Assembly (NCBI RefSeq): GCF_963676685.1
Contig: NC_092357.1
Span: forward strand, 3,348,001-3,412,000
Length of the DNA stretch: 64,000 nucleotides
From: Mytilus edulis
Lineage: Eukaryota
Direction: 5' to 3'
A model generated the notes under the pieces. It worked only from the letters and a program-made list of their open reading frames with translations, was not told the origin of the DNA and did no database searches. Positions within the stretch are counted from its first letter, which is position 1. Each line of letters starts with the position of its first letter. The translations under genes were made by a program, and so were the position numbers. Of this stretch, positions 13,671-26,462 are shown one piece after another.

Positions 13671-14388
13671 ATCTTAAGCGTCTGCATGAATATGGACGTT
13701 AACAAACAAGTTGATTTTTTGGCATATCCCACAAGAAATGAATGGTCGGTTCATCTTAAGTGTCTGGACAAATGAGGACGTTAACAAACGAGTTGATCTC
13801 CTGGCTTATCTCACAACAAATGAATGGTCGGTGCATCTTAAGTGTCTGAACGAATGAGGACGTTAACAAACGAGTTGATCTCCTGGCTTATCCCACAACA
13901 AATGAATGATCGGTTCATCTTAAGCGTCTGGACGAATGAGGACGTTAACAAACGAGTTCATCTCCTGGCTTATCTCACAACAAATGAATGGTCGGTTCAT
14001 CTTAAAGGTCTGAACGAATGAGGACGTTAACAAACGAGTTGATCTTCTGGCTTATCCCACAACAAATGAATGGTCGGTTCATCTTAAGCGTCTGGACGAA
14101 TGAGGACGTTAACAAACGAGTTGATCTCCTGGCTTATCCCACAACAAATGAATGGTCGGTTCATCTTAAGCGTCTGGACGAATGAGGACGTTAACAAACG
14201 AGTTGATCTCCTGGCTTATCCCACAACAAATGAATGGTCGGTTCATCTTAAGCGTCTGGACGAATGAGGACGTTAACAAACGAGTTGATCTCCTGGCTTA
14301 TCCCACAACATATGAATGGTCGGTGCATCTTAAGTGTCTGGACAAATGAGGACGTTAACAAACGAGTTGATCTCCTGGCTTATCCCGT
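13671..14388. repeat. 82-bp tandem array, ~8.7 copies, with adjacent terminal hairpin (HINE-like host)
   Basis: Unit tcatcttaagcgtctggacgaatgaggacgttaacaaacgagttgatctcctggcttatcccacaacaaatgaatggtcggt starts at 14079, 14161, 14243; hairpin agacga-ga-tcgtct + aacttgtt at ~14418-14439. Confidence 0.9.
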
Positions 14389-16188
14389 AAGAAAACTGTC
14401 TTTAGTACGAGGCTTCAGACGAGATCGTCTAACTTGTTGAAACACAAAAATCGTCGTTCGCTTTTTTTTTTTGAAAGAGCGCTGATTTCAGACTAAGGAT
14501 TTGGTCTGGTGCGTACTATCCATGTTTTTTCTCTCTCACAATAAAACGGTGTCACATGAAGCTACTCTCAATGCACGTGAAAATACATGATTCCTTTGCA
14601 ACAAATTTTATATTCCAAAATACCATGTGTCAAGTCAAATTTTTCCCCGTCACACCCCCTTATAACATGCATGCACCTTCATTTTTCAGTAGCAGTCCTT
14701 ACTTCCTAACCTTTCTTTATCTCTGTTTCTGTGCAACCTTACTTATGCAATGGCTGTTAAGTTAATGTGTTCTTGTCTTATACTATATATGTTATAATGT
14801 AATATTTGCTACTGGACGTTGTACAACAAACGTTCAATAAATCTTTTAAACGTTCTACCTGGGCTCTGTTGTTCATCTTGTCATTATTTAAAAACGATTG
14901 ATTATATATAATGACATAACGAGTCGTTCATTTTCTGTTATTCAACAATATTTTACGACAAGTTGAACAACATGATAATCACTGGTGTTAAACTGATAAC
15001 CGTAACTGGAATTACGACGAATGGCGACAGCAGAAATAGGTATTACTTTTCAGTCATTTTTCTCAAATGTAGCATGTTTTTGGTCAATAGTTACTCAGTT
15101 GCAAGGTTTTTCTATACCATTACATCATATTTGAATCGTAACGGTGCACTATAATTGTCTTAGCGCTTAGAAAATTGCCGTCGATAAATTCGGGATGATA
15201 ATCGTAACTCCAAAAAGTGATTATCGTAATTTCGGTAATAGAAACTGAGAAGATAATCGTAACTGCGATAATGGTTGATTGATATTGACACTGAACACTG
15301 TCTATCTAATACATGTAATAGCATATGGTGAGGAAATAATCACGGAAACGTTCTAACATCTTATGACATTTCTTTTTGTGCATATGATATATGATTAATA
15401 GTTCTAATGTAAACAGCTACATACTAGTATATCATAATTTTGGAATGAGAAAGGGGGGACAAGCCTCAAGATATTTGGAAATGGGGAAACACGAACTATA
15501 TTAAAATACAGAAAACTCCTGGACCTAGGAATATAGAAAATATGGGAATGAGCGAAACTTTTAAAAATTTGTATCCGTAATTTTGTTGATACTTGTAAAA
15601 TACCCTAAGAGTTTTATTTGGTTAATGTATGGTATAAATAGATGTTATGTTCAAATCAAGTTTAAATCCTTGAAAATTTTACAAAGTGAATCCATTAAAT
15701 AAATTACATGTAAATCTGTTGTAATGTTTAAATAAAATAAAATAAAATATTTAAAGCCTTGTTTTTAACAAAGGCATTGATCTTTATTATAATATCCACG
15801 ATTTTGTTGATAGCTATATATACGTCAATGTATGTATTTTATTTATTGTAGACATATGAGATCAATGGGTTTAAGCATTAATTTTTGTGGAAAATAAGGG
15901 AACGGTATGAAACAAGAACCAACGTTTATCATGTAAGTTTTAAATTATAAACGATATCGTATTCATTCGCGGCTTTAGATAAATGTATGGAGGGCTGATA
16001 TTAGTTAACTATATTTGATGCCCGGATGAAAACATCAAACTATAAACGATAGCGTATACATTCGAGAATTAAATCTGTATACAGAGGGCTGATATTGGTC
16101 AGCAATATGATAGTGGTGCCAGTATTAATTGATTATAGTGTATTTGAAGGTTGACTATATTGCACACTTTTACAAATTCGTGATATAA

Positions 16189-16938
16189 GAATGATTCATT
16201 TGGTTCCATAACCATTTCGTACCATTGCCATTTCGTACCTGAAAATAACAATTTCGCACAAGGAACTTGTCATTTCCTTCCATGACCATAGATTATTTCG
16301 TAGCGTAAGAAACTATTTCGTACCATAATGACCAATTTCATACCGTATGGAAAAAATGGCTGTAGCATTTCGTACCAACAAGTATAACTAATTTCAAAAA
16401 TAGCTAACGATGCATTTTGGTATGAAATGTTCAGCATTATTATCTTACATATGCAACGAAATGATATATCTTACATTCTCAAAAATGATACAAAAGGGTA
16501 AACATTATAATTCTTCCATTTGGCACGAAATGGTATAATGTTCCATATGCATAGTACGCAATGGTTTACATTTTAATTCTTTTATATGGTACGAAATGGT
16601 TTATATTTGAATTCTTTTATATGGTACGAAATGGTTTACATTTTAATTCTTTTATATGGTACGCAATGGTTTACATTTTAATTCTTTTATATGGTACGAA
16701 ATGGTTTACATTTTAATTCTTCCATATGGTACGAAATGGTATACATTTTGATTCTTCTATATGGTACGAAATGGTATACATTTTAATTCTGTATATGGTA
16801 CGAAATGTTTTACATTTTAATTCTTCCATATGGTACGAAATGGTATACATTTTAATTCTTCCATATGGAACGAAATAGTATACATTTTAATTCTTCCATA
16901 TGGTACGAAATGGTTTTGGTACGAAATGGCTAAGATTC
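16189..16938. mobile_element. MITE-like element with inverted (ccatttcgtacc/ggtacgaaatgg) motifs and internal 35-bp tandem array (~16520-16915, ~11 copies)
   Basis: Left half repeats ccatttcgtacc, right half its reverse complement; unit atggtttacattttaattcttttatatggtacgaa. Confidence 0.75.
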
Positions 16939-17236
16939 ACTGTACAACAATCCACTTTGATGATGTTTTTACTTCTCGAAACATAGAAATAAAGCATGCT
17001 TTTAGAATTAACAAACATGTAATTGAATTTGAAAAAAAAACAATTACCGGTTTTAGACATGGCAGAATTAATGTTCTAGTATATAATGGAGATACTTTCT
17101 GATTTTATCAAATTTAAAAATTGAATGTTTATCGTTTAATAATTCCCGAAATGTTTGTACTTAAATTGCATGTTAAACAAAACCCCACTACATGTCCTTT
17201 ACTTTATGTACATCTGGTTTTGTTTGGTAGTCGCAT

Positions 17237-17958
17237 GTCAGAGTTTACATTAATCAGCGTGTCTATCCATCCGTCCATGTGTCCGTTAAGGAATCCGTCC
17301 GTCCGTCTGTCAGTGTTTACATTAATCAGTGTCTATCCATCCGTCCATGTGTCTTTTAATGAATCCGCCCGACCGTCTGTCAGTGTTTACATTAATCAGT
17401 GTCTATCCATCCGTCCATGTGTCTGTTAAGGAATCCGTCCGTCCGTCTGTCAGTGTTTACATTAATCAGCGTGTCTATCCGTCCGTCCATGTGTCTGTTA
17501 AGGAATCCGTCCGTCCGTCTGTCAGTGTTTACATTAATCAGTGTCTATCCATCCGTCCATGTGTCTGTTAAGGAATCCGTCCGTCTGTCTGTCAGTGTTT
17601 ACATTAATCAGCGTGTCTATTCATCCGTTCATGTGTCTGTTAAGGAATCCGTCCGTCCGTTTGTCAGTGTTTACATTAATCAGCGTGTCTATCCATCCGT
17701 CCATGTGTCCGTTAAGGAATCCGTCCGTCCGTCTGTCAGTGTTTACATTAATCAGCGTGTCTATCCATCCGTCCATATGTCCGTTAAGGAATCCGTCCGT
17801 CCGTCTGTCAGTGTTTACATTAATCAGCGTGTCTATCCATCCGTCCATGTCTCCGTTAAGGAATCCGTCCGTCCGTCTGTCAGTGTTTACATTAATCAGC
17901 GTGTCTATTCATCCGCCCATGTCTCCGTTAAGGAATCCGTCCGTCCATCTGTCAGTCA
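17237..17958. repeat. 72/70-bp tandem array (~10 copies) containing (GTCC)n microsatellite; HINE-like
   Basis: Unit gtcagtgtttacattaatcag(cg)tgtctatccatccgtccatgtgtccgttaaggaatccgtccgtccgtct; source of spurious ORFs 17121-18119. Confidence 0.9.
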
Positions 17959-18564
17959 ATCCGTCAAAACATGTGTTTTCTACCTTTAAAACACCTTGGA
18001 GTTCGAATATGAAACTTGATAATTATGAATTAAGAATGGAAATAGTGAATATGTCAAAGAGACAACAACCCGACAAAAGAGCAGATGTATGTTGGTATGA
18101 ATATAGTTACATGTGTTAGAGGCAGGGTATATCGCAAACACTTTGTTTAACTTAGTCACCATTTTTCAAACATTGTTTCTGTACCCTTACTGTTAAACTA
18201 ATTTTGGTTTGGTAATAACACTTTACATGTTTATTTACTAAATTGGACATTACTACAATTTGTATTGTGCACACGACGAAAAAAACCCGTACAGTGGCAG
18301 TAAAAGTAAAAACTTGATTCAACTAGAAAATATAAATCACCACAAAAAAAAACTTATAGCTTGCTGTTTGGTATGAGCCAAGGCTCCATGTTCAAGGCCG
18401 TACTTTATACATAATGGTTAACTTTAACAGATCGTGACTTCGATGGAGAGTTGCATACTAAATCTTCCTTATATTTACATACATTGAAAGTCATGGTCAA
18501 TTTTAAGTTAAACTTACTACAATAATTAATCCTGTGCATAAATTGTCCAAACCCGCTTGTCAGG

Positions 18565-18569
18565 ATGAG
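18565..18569 (+). CDS. Exon 1 coding part (ATG AG) of multi-pass membrane protein gene
   Basis: ATGAG|gtgagg strong donor, phase 2, matching phase-2 acceptor ttttcag|G at 18731 to give MRKLEPK. Confidence 0.65.
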
Positions 18570-18730
18570 GTGAGGCTTGTGTTACACATTCTTAAGTTTC
18601 TTATGTATGTAGGGTTTAGGTGACTTGCTTGTTTTTTAGTCTTTTCTTTTCGAACAAATGTTTTGGCGATGCATTACAAGGGTTAGTTTTCCAAATTAAT
18701 GAATCTATATTCTTTACAATTGTTTTTCAG

Positions 18731-19629
18731 GAAGTTGGAACCGAAATTGAAACAACTTGCAATAGTCGGACTAATATTTGGGAGTTTATTTTTACAATGG
18801 AACGGTACTAAATGTTTGATAGAAGGAGAGGATCTGTTTGAGGACAAATGGACCATAAAAAGTCTCCTGGCTTCAGCAGCCATTGAACTGGTATTCATTC
18901 TAGTTGCGTTCAAAACAGAGGAGTTCCGAATGATTGTTGATAATTCCGAAGCGATTACAATTTTCTTTTTCCTCCATGTACTATCAAGTGGTCTGTTGAA
19001 ATATTACGACAATGTACCTCTTGTAGACAGAGGGACGGACATATATCCACCTCTTATACCAATCATTGTACTGATCTGTCTTGTTATTTGTAAAGGAGCT
19101 CGAATACAACATATCACCATGGTTACCACTGGTCTGCTGTCTTTAGGCGCATTGTTTGTATCGCTTGGTGTCAATAAAGATTTCACCATGAATAGAATAG
19201 ATTACTTATCGTTTTCCTCTGTTTTTGCAACTGTGTTGAAGCTGATATGCCTTAAACATTTTAAAGATCAAAACATCAAGGTCACAATACGTCTGAGAGC
19301 TATTGGTATATTCTTTGCCGGAACTATTATTGTGATTGTACCCGTTTTAGAATTTACGAACAAATCTAACTTGGGGACGTTTATGCTAGTGTCATCTATG
19401 TCTGGTTTAGCTTCTGTAACAGTGTTATACTTATTATATAATCACTTGATGTGCACAAACACAGTTTTAGAGACATCCGCGTATCTTATGATGGGATACC
19501 TATTGCATCAAATACTAGAAAGTGAATCTATAAACATTCTTCCTGTTTTATTTGGTACTTGCGTTTTGATTGCTACATATATCTGGCACGTTCAGAAGCA
19601 ACACGACGATTCCAAAGCACCATTTATAG
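18731..19629 (+). CDS. Exon 2: divergent DMT-superfamily / SLC35(TPT)-like membrane protein, ~10 hydrophobic segments
   Basis: 899-nt open exon between tttttcag and G|gtaaga; alternating TM segments; LGALFVSLGVNKDFTMN..SSVFATVLK..LK resembles TPT-type SLC35 TM5-6. Family call is inference. Confidence 0.8.
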
Positions 19630-20229
19630 GTAAGAAACGGCACTTGTCCTGCCACAATAAAAATTAAAAAAAAACTTTTAATTTCAAATTGATTGTCCTG
19701 CCAAGATAAAGAAATCGAAAATATTTCGATGTAAATTAAAATTCCAAGAAATCGTTTGCTAACGTCTATAATATACAAAAAAAAAACACAAATTATTGAT
19801 GCTGCAGAATTTAGAAACAAAACTATTCAAATGTTGTATTCTTGCTAGTTTTTGTAAGCTTGTTTATTGAATTGTTTGTTTTTTTAATTTTCAGCTACAA
19901 CCCAAAAAACTAAAAAAATCTTTTATAAAGCACAGTACGCAACATTTAGAGAACTACAATTCAGGTTTGTCACCGTTAATAGGAAAACACGATCAACACA
20001 TTTCCTTGACTGAAACATTATTCTTATGTAGTACTTTCCGTACTTTGATTTACTTTCTTTGAGTTACTTCCCTTTAATATCAGTCTGATATGATTTATAA
20101 AAACCCCATATATTATTTGTATCATTATTCTTATGGTATACAAATGAACACGCTGCTTCTTAATTTGTCATTCTTATTATCGCCATTCGGCCCTAGAGAA
20201 TATTATCAGTGAATATATAATAACAACTG

Positions 20230-20425
20230 TCATACTGTGAGAGGTTCAGCAAGCTATACTGAAAACCAAGTTCAATCCACCGTTTTCTACATCTATATCA
20301 AGTCAGAAATATGACAGTTGTTATCCATTCGTTTGATGTGTTTGAGTTTTTGATTTTGTCATTTGATTAGGGACTTTCCGTTTTCAATTTTCCTCGGAGT
20401 TCAGTATTTTTGTGATTTTACTTTC
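20230..20425 (+). repeat. Abundant interspersed repeat module (gagagg...ttcaatccacc...caagtcag...gattagggactttcc)
   Basis: Copies also at ~41340-41520, 46910-47292, 57682-58165, 62945-63080 and 2333-2400(-). Confidence 0.75.
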
Positions 20426-20535
20426 TACATTGAAAATTACATAAAAAAATTAAGCTTGCAATTCTTATTATTAAAGTTATGTTATATCATTGAAAATAAA
20501 CTCATTATAGATACCAGGATTGAAATTCTGTATTT

Positions 20536-20580
20536 GCACCAGACGCGCGTTTTGTTTACAAAATACTCACCAGTGACGCT
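20536..20580 (-). ncRNA. Decayed minimal type I hammerhead motif (family 1)
   Basis: Minus: gcgtca-CTGGTGA-gtattttgtaaac-AAAA-cgcgcg-TC-tggtgc; two core substitutions. Confidence 0.65.
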
Positions 20581-20694
20581 TGAATAAAAAAAAATGAAAG
20601 ACCCTAAATACAGTACGAAGTTGAAGAGTATTGAGAACCAAAAAATCCTAGGAGTGTTGCCAAATAAATTGTGACTAAAATCAAACACTGTGTA

Positions 20695-23547
20695 TTTTTG
20701 TTTTTCTTTGCCTTTTATAATGTTGCCATGGTCCTTGGAGAACACATGCAGTCATATCATTTTGTTTTTCTTTGCCTTTTATAATGTTGTCATGGTCCTT
20801 GGAGAGCACATGCAGTCATATTATTTTGTTTTTCTTTGGCTTTTATAATGTTGCCATGGTCCTTGGAGAGCACATGCAGTCATATTATTTTGTTTTTCGT
20901 TGGCTTTTATAATGTTGCCATGGTCCTTGGAGAGCACATGCAGTCATATTATTTTGTTTTTCTTTGGCTTTTATAATGTTGCCATGGTCCTTGGAGAGCA
21001 CATACAGTCATATAATTTTGTTTTTCTTTGGCTTTTATAATGTTGCCATGGTCCTTGGAGAGAACATGCAGTCATATTATTTTGTTTTTCTTTGGCTTTT
21101 ATAATGTTGCCATGGTCCTTGGAGAGCACATGCAGTCATATTATTTTGCTTTTCTTTGGCTTTTATAATGTTGTCATGGTCCTTGGAGAGCACATGCAGT
21201 CATATTATTTTGTTTTTCTTTGCCTTTTATAATGTTGCCATGGTCCTTGGAGAGCACATGCAGTCATATTATTTTGTTTTTCTTTGGCTTTTATAATGTT
21301 GTCATGGTCCTTGGAGAGCACATGTAGTCATATTATTTTGTTTTTCTTTGGCTTTTATAATGTTGCCATGGTCCTTGGAGAGCACATGCAGTCATATTTT
21401 TTTGTTTTTCGTTGGCTTTTATAATGTTGCCATGGTCCTTGGAATGCACATGCAGTCATATTATTTTGTTTTTCTTTGGCTTTTATAATGTTGCCATGGT
21501 CCTTGGAGAGCACATGCAGTCATATTATTTTGTTTTTCTTTGCCTTTTATAATGTTGTCATGGTCCTTGGAGAGCACATGCAGTCATATTATTTTGTTTT
21601 TCTTTGGCTTTTATAATGTTGCCATGGTCCTTGGAGAGCACATGCAGTCATATTATTTTGTTTTTCGTTGGCTTTTATAATGTTGCCATGGTCCTTGGAG
21701 AGCACATGCAGTCATATTATTTTGTTTTTCTTTGGCTTTTATAATGTTGCCATGGTCCTTGGAGAGCACTTACAGTCATATTATTTTGTTTTTCTTTGGC
21801 CTTTATAATGTTGCCATGGTCCTTGGAGAGCACATGCAGTCATATTATTTTGTTTTTCTTTGACTTTTATAATGTTGCCATGGTCCTTGGAGAGCACATG
21901 CAGTCATATTATTTTGTTTTTCTTTGGCTTTTATAATGTTGCCATGGTCCTTGGAGAGCACATGCAGTCATATTATTTTGTTTTTATTTGGCTTTTATAA
22001 TGTTCTCATGGTCCTTGGAGAGCACATGCAGTCATATTATTTTGTTTTTCTTTGGCTTTTATAATGTTGTCATGGTCCTTGGAGAGCACATGCAGTCATA
22101 TTATTTTGTTTTTCTTTGGCTTTTATAATGTTCTCATGGTCCTTGGAGAGCACATGCAGTCATATTATTTTGGTTTTTTTTGGCTTTTATAATGTTGCCA
22201 TGGTCCTTCGAGAGCACATGCAGTCATATTATTTTGTTTTTCGTTGGCTTTTATAATGTTGCCATGGTTCTTGGAGAGCACATGCAGTCATATTATTTTG
22301 TTTTTCTTTGGCTTTTATAATGTTGCCATGGTCCTTGGAGAGCACATGCAGTCATATTATTTTGTTTTTCGTTGGCTTTTATAATGTTGCCATGGTCCTT
22401 GGAGAGCACATGCAGTCATATTATTTTGTTTTTCTTTGGCTTTTATAATGTTGTCATGGTCCTTGGAGAGCACATGCAGTCATATTATTTTGTTTTTCTT
22501 TGGCTTTTATAATGTTGCCATGGTCCTTGGAGAGCACATGCAGTCATATTATTTTGTTTTTCGTTGGCTTTTATAATGTTGCCATGGTCCTTGGAGAGCA
22601 CATGCAGTCATATTATTTTGTTTTATTTTGGCTTTTATAATGTTGTCATGGTCCTTGGAGAGCACATGCAGTCATATTATTTTGTTTTTCTTTGGCTTTT
22701 ATAATGTTGTCATGGCCCTTGGAGAGCACATGCAGTCATATTATTTTGTTTTTCTTTGGCTTTTATAATGTTGCCATGGTCCTTGGAGAGCACATGCAGT
22801 CATATTATTTTGTTTTTCGTTGGCTTTTATAATGTTGCCATGGTCCTTGGAGAGCACATGCAGTCATATTATTTTGTTTTTTTTTTGGCTTTTATAATGT
22901 TGCCATGGTCCTTGGAGAGCACATGCAGTCATATTATTTTGTTTTTCTTTGGCTTTTATAATGTTCTCATGGTCCTTGGAGAGCACATGCAGTCATATTA
23001 TTTTGTTTTTCTTTGGCTTTTATAATGTTGCCATGGTCCTTGGAGAGCACATGCAGTCATATTATTTTGTTTTTCGTTGGCTTTTATAATGTTGCCATGG
23101 TCCTTGGAGAGCACATGCAGTCATATTATTTTGTTTTTCTTTGGCTTTTATAATGTTGTTATGGTCCTTGGAGAGCACATGCAGTCATATTATTTTGTTT
23201 TTCTTTGACTTTTATAATGTTGCCATGGTCCTTGGAGAGCACATGCAGTCATATTATTTTTGTTTTTCTTTGGCTTTTATAATGTTGCCATGGTCCTTGG
23301 AGAGCACATGCAGTCATATTATTTTGTTTTTCTTTGCCTTTTATAATGTTGCCATGGTCCTTGGAGAGCACATGCAGTCATATGATTTTGTTTTTCTTTG
23401 CCTTTTATAATGTTGCAATGGTCATTGGAGAGCACATGCAGTCATATTATTTTGTTTATAATGTTGCCATATTTTGTTTTTCTTTGCCTTTTATAATGTT
23501 GCCATGATCCTTGGAGAGCACATGCAGTCATATTATTTTGTTTTTAT
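20695..23547. repeat. 64-bp tandem array, ~44 copies, in intron 2 of the membrane-protein gene
   Basis: Unit ttattttgtttttctttggcttttataatgttgccatggtccttggagagcacatgcagtcata (20821, 20885...). Confidence 0.97.
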
Positions 23548-23833
23548 TGGCAAAGCTTTGTCTGCTCTTTGGTCGGGTTGTTGTTTCTTTGACATATATA
23601 TTCCCCATTTCCATAATCAATTTTATCATAGAACAAAATAAACTGACAACGCCATGGCTTAAAAGAAAAAGATAAACAAAAGTACACACAACATAACATA
23701 GAAAAATTGAAGACTTAAAAACATGAACTCCACCAAAACTAGGGGTGATCTCAAAATATGTAATTGACATTGGTTTAACTGTTTTTGCTAATTCGTAGAT
23801 ATATTTTAGATAATTTAGATATATCGTATCCGT

Positions 23834-24484
23834 GGGTGCATTTCTTTCTAACCAAAATTTTGTAATCGTTTTATGGCGTTTGCTGTTGTTTTCTAAACGC
23901 TACAAAAGTAGAAATCTTTGTTTACTAACCCTGTTTGAACTTTCAATAATGCATGCACATCTTGTTGGTAAACAGACGATTGAAAAACGTATTAGCAAAT
24001 ACCTCGTTTAATCCGGTTGAATTTAGAAACAGATGAAGCGTTTGTTCTAACAAACGACGAACGACAAACTGTAGACGCATTTTTAGTGTTTGCATAGTTT
24101 GTCAAAGTTTATGTAAACTTTGCAAACGTATGTTAGAAAGAAATGATCAAAATATATATATAGAGTGCATTTCTTTTGTAAAATTTGGTAAATGTTGTGT
24201 CGCGTTTTTAGTTTTTTCTAAACGCTACAAAATTAGAAACAAATACATCGTTTAATAAGTCTTTACTGACCCTGTTTGAACTTTCAATAATGCATGCACA
24301 TGTTGTTGGTAAACATATTTTTTACATACGTAGAAACAGATACATCGTTTAATCAGGTTGAAGTTAAAAACAAATGAAGCGTTTGTACTAACAAACGACA
24401 AACTGCAGATGCATTTTTAGCTTGTGCATAGTTTGTCAAAGTTTATGTTAACTTTGCAAACGTATGTTTGAAAAAAATGCGCGC
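23834..24484. mobile_element. Two adjacent copies of a ~315-bp MITE separated by a TA run
   Basis: TIR catttctttctaac (23839)/gttagaaagaaatg (24132-24145); second copy 24163-24484 with the same internal sequence. Confidence 0.75.
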
Positions 24485-24963
24485 TCAGCCGAAATGCACT
24501 CATAGATTCTACCACTGCATCGAATGTGAACGATATTTATCCATTCGAGACAGTTATATTTTTAAATTTAAAACACGAATCTCGCCGAGCGTTTTACATA
24601 TATATTTAAAATTTAACTGTCGAGATTGGATAAGTATCGGATTCCACGAGGTTTTGTGGTGGAATCTGTTTCTCTAATGATTTTTTAACAATATGCAAGC
24701 AAACTTATTCCTTCATTTCGATAGATCAGTTCTTTCTATGTGACGTCAATAGGCATGGTCGCCTTTTTTCATGCCGTCACAATAGGAAATTCAGAGGAAA
24801 GCAAGAAAACTCGACGTCATAGTCGGATGTTGACCAATGAAGAACTGAGATCAGACGAACAACACCTTGATATTTTTTTTTAATATACAATGGGTTCAGA
24901 AAGAGATAAACTGATGCAGAATAAGAGAAACTTTAATATACATATTTAATGTTCTAATTTCAG

Positions 24964-25145
24964 ATATATCGTCCACGAGTCATGAGATGTTCACCCGGAT
25001 GGAGTTTATAATATTCATGGGAGGTGTATTAGCCGTGTTGTTTTACGTGTTACAACCACGTGTTAGTAGTAGAGATATAAATAATCTTAGTTATGTTGGA
25101 CTGGACAAGATTGTAAGAAAACTATTACAGAACAAAGCCAGTTGA
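24964..25145 (+). CDS. Exon 3 (terminal) of membrane protein gene; adds one more TM helix
   Basis: aatttcag acceptor, phase 1 matches donor 19629; (D)ISSTSHEMFTRMEFIIFMGGVLAVLFYVLQPRVSSRDINNLSYVGLDKIVRKLLQNKAS*; spliced CDS 1086 nt = 361 aa. Confidence 0.75.
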
Positions 25146-26390
25146 TAAATGTATAAAACGTAGTGTGTTGATGTAAACGGTTCAGTAAAAGTATTTTGAG
25201 GGAGATTTTATCAATTAAACATAATTTATTTAATTTTATGATTTATTTCATATATGAGTTGATCTTGTTTTAGTTTACTGTCAAGTGGCAAATATTTCAC
25301 ATATATTTAGGAGGAGAGCAAATTTAATTAGAATTGTCATTATGAGCAATAACGGATGTCACCAGGTCTGCCAATTGCCACTTAACGGCAGCCATTTTGA
25401 AATCTGTGTATATTGAATGAAAATGATATGATATGCATCAAAACAAATTTAAAGCATTTAAAAAAAATTCTAATTTGAAGTGCTTTTGTGACAACTGTGG
25501 CCATTTTGAAAATTCCAACGATGGATGTCATGTATTCACATATCAAGTAACATTTACACAAAGTTTCACTCAACTTGAAGGACTTTCCGATTTTTCACAT
25601 TCTATCTGTTTCAATGACAATGGCAGCCATCTTGGAAATGCAAACCCCCGATTACACATTTATACATGGGGGTTAACATTACAGTAAAGTTCAATCATCA
25701 TTGGTTCATACAATTCCGAGAAATATTCTGGACAAAAAACTGTGAAACAATAAGATAGATTACTAGATTTGCCATTGCAAGCAATAGGAGATGGCACACA
25801 AACTACATTGTCACTAAACTTCAACCATTTTGAGAATTTTTAAACAGTCAAAACACAAAAAAACATCTCAACCTATCAGCCTGTAAATTTAAAGTTTGGG
25901 GTATTTTTCAAAGTTTCACATTTTTGAAGTTTCCATGGCAACGGCGGCCATTTTGGAAATTCCAAGTTCAAAAGTCCAATCGTTACTTGCCTGTTTAAAT
26001 TTCCATGGTAACTGTCAATTTCGAAAATTCCAACATCAGTTTCAACATTGAGTTATGCCATGTCACATATTCATGAATTTTCTTTGAGTTTTATCTTATA
26101 TTCCTTAAAAAAATGCTGCTTTGATGTTTTTTCCCAATGTTTACATTTTTTTTCAGTGTCCATGGCAATGGCAGCCATTTTGCAATTGCTAAGTACTGTA
26201 ATTACCTCAAGGCACTACTTCCAACATTTGCAAAAACTGTCATTAGGTTGGCTCTTATAATACAAGATTTAGTATTTTAATTTTATATATATTTTCTCAG
26301 TTTCCATTATAACAGAAGTCATTTTCAACCATTCCATTCCATTACACTACTTCACTAAGTGGTCTGTATTATGGTTCTTGAAATTTTCTT

Positions 26391-26462
26391 ACCGGAACTA
26401 GGATCGAACCTGGAACCTTTGCGTTAGTAGTCCGATGCGCTAACCATTACACCACGGCTCTC
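26391..26462 (-). mobile_element. tRNA-derived SINE head (not a functional tRNA)
   Basis: A box TGGTGTAATGG and B box GGTTCGATCC present, but anticodon and acceptor stems do not pair. Confidence 0.65.

Noticed and set aside
17121-18119. ORFs of 75-196 aa
   Set aside because: Translations of the 72-bp tandem repeat
19895-19964. 70-nt candidate exon (ttttcag...CAG|gtttgt) in the membrane-protein gene
   Set aside because: Phase 1->2 would frameshift the terminal exon; weak donor; direct 19629->24964 splice is already in frame
20695-23547. CRISPR-like array (also the 82-, 91- and 36-bp arrays)
   Set aside because: Contiguous units without unique spacers, no cas genes, eukaryotic context
26391-26462. 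Functional tRNA gene
   Set aside because: A/B boxes only; acceptor and anticodon stems do not pair
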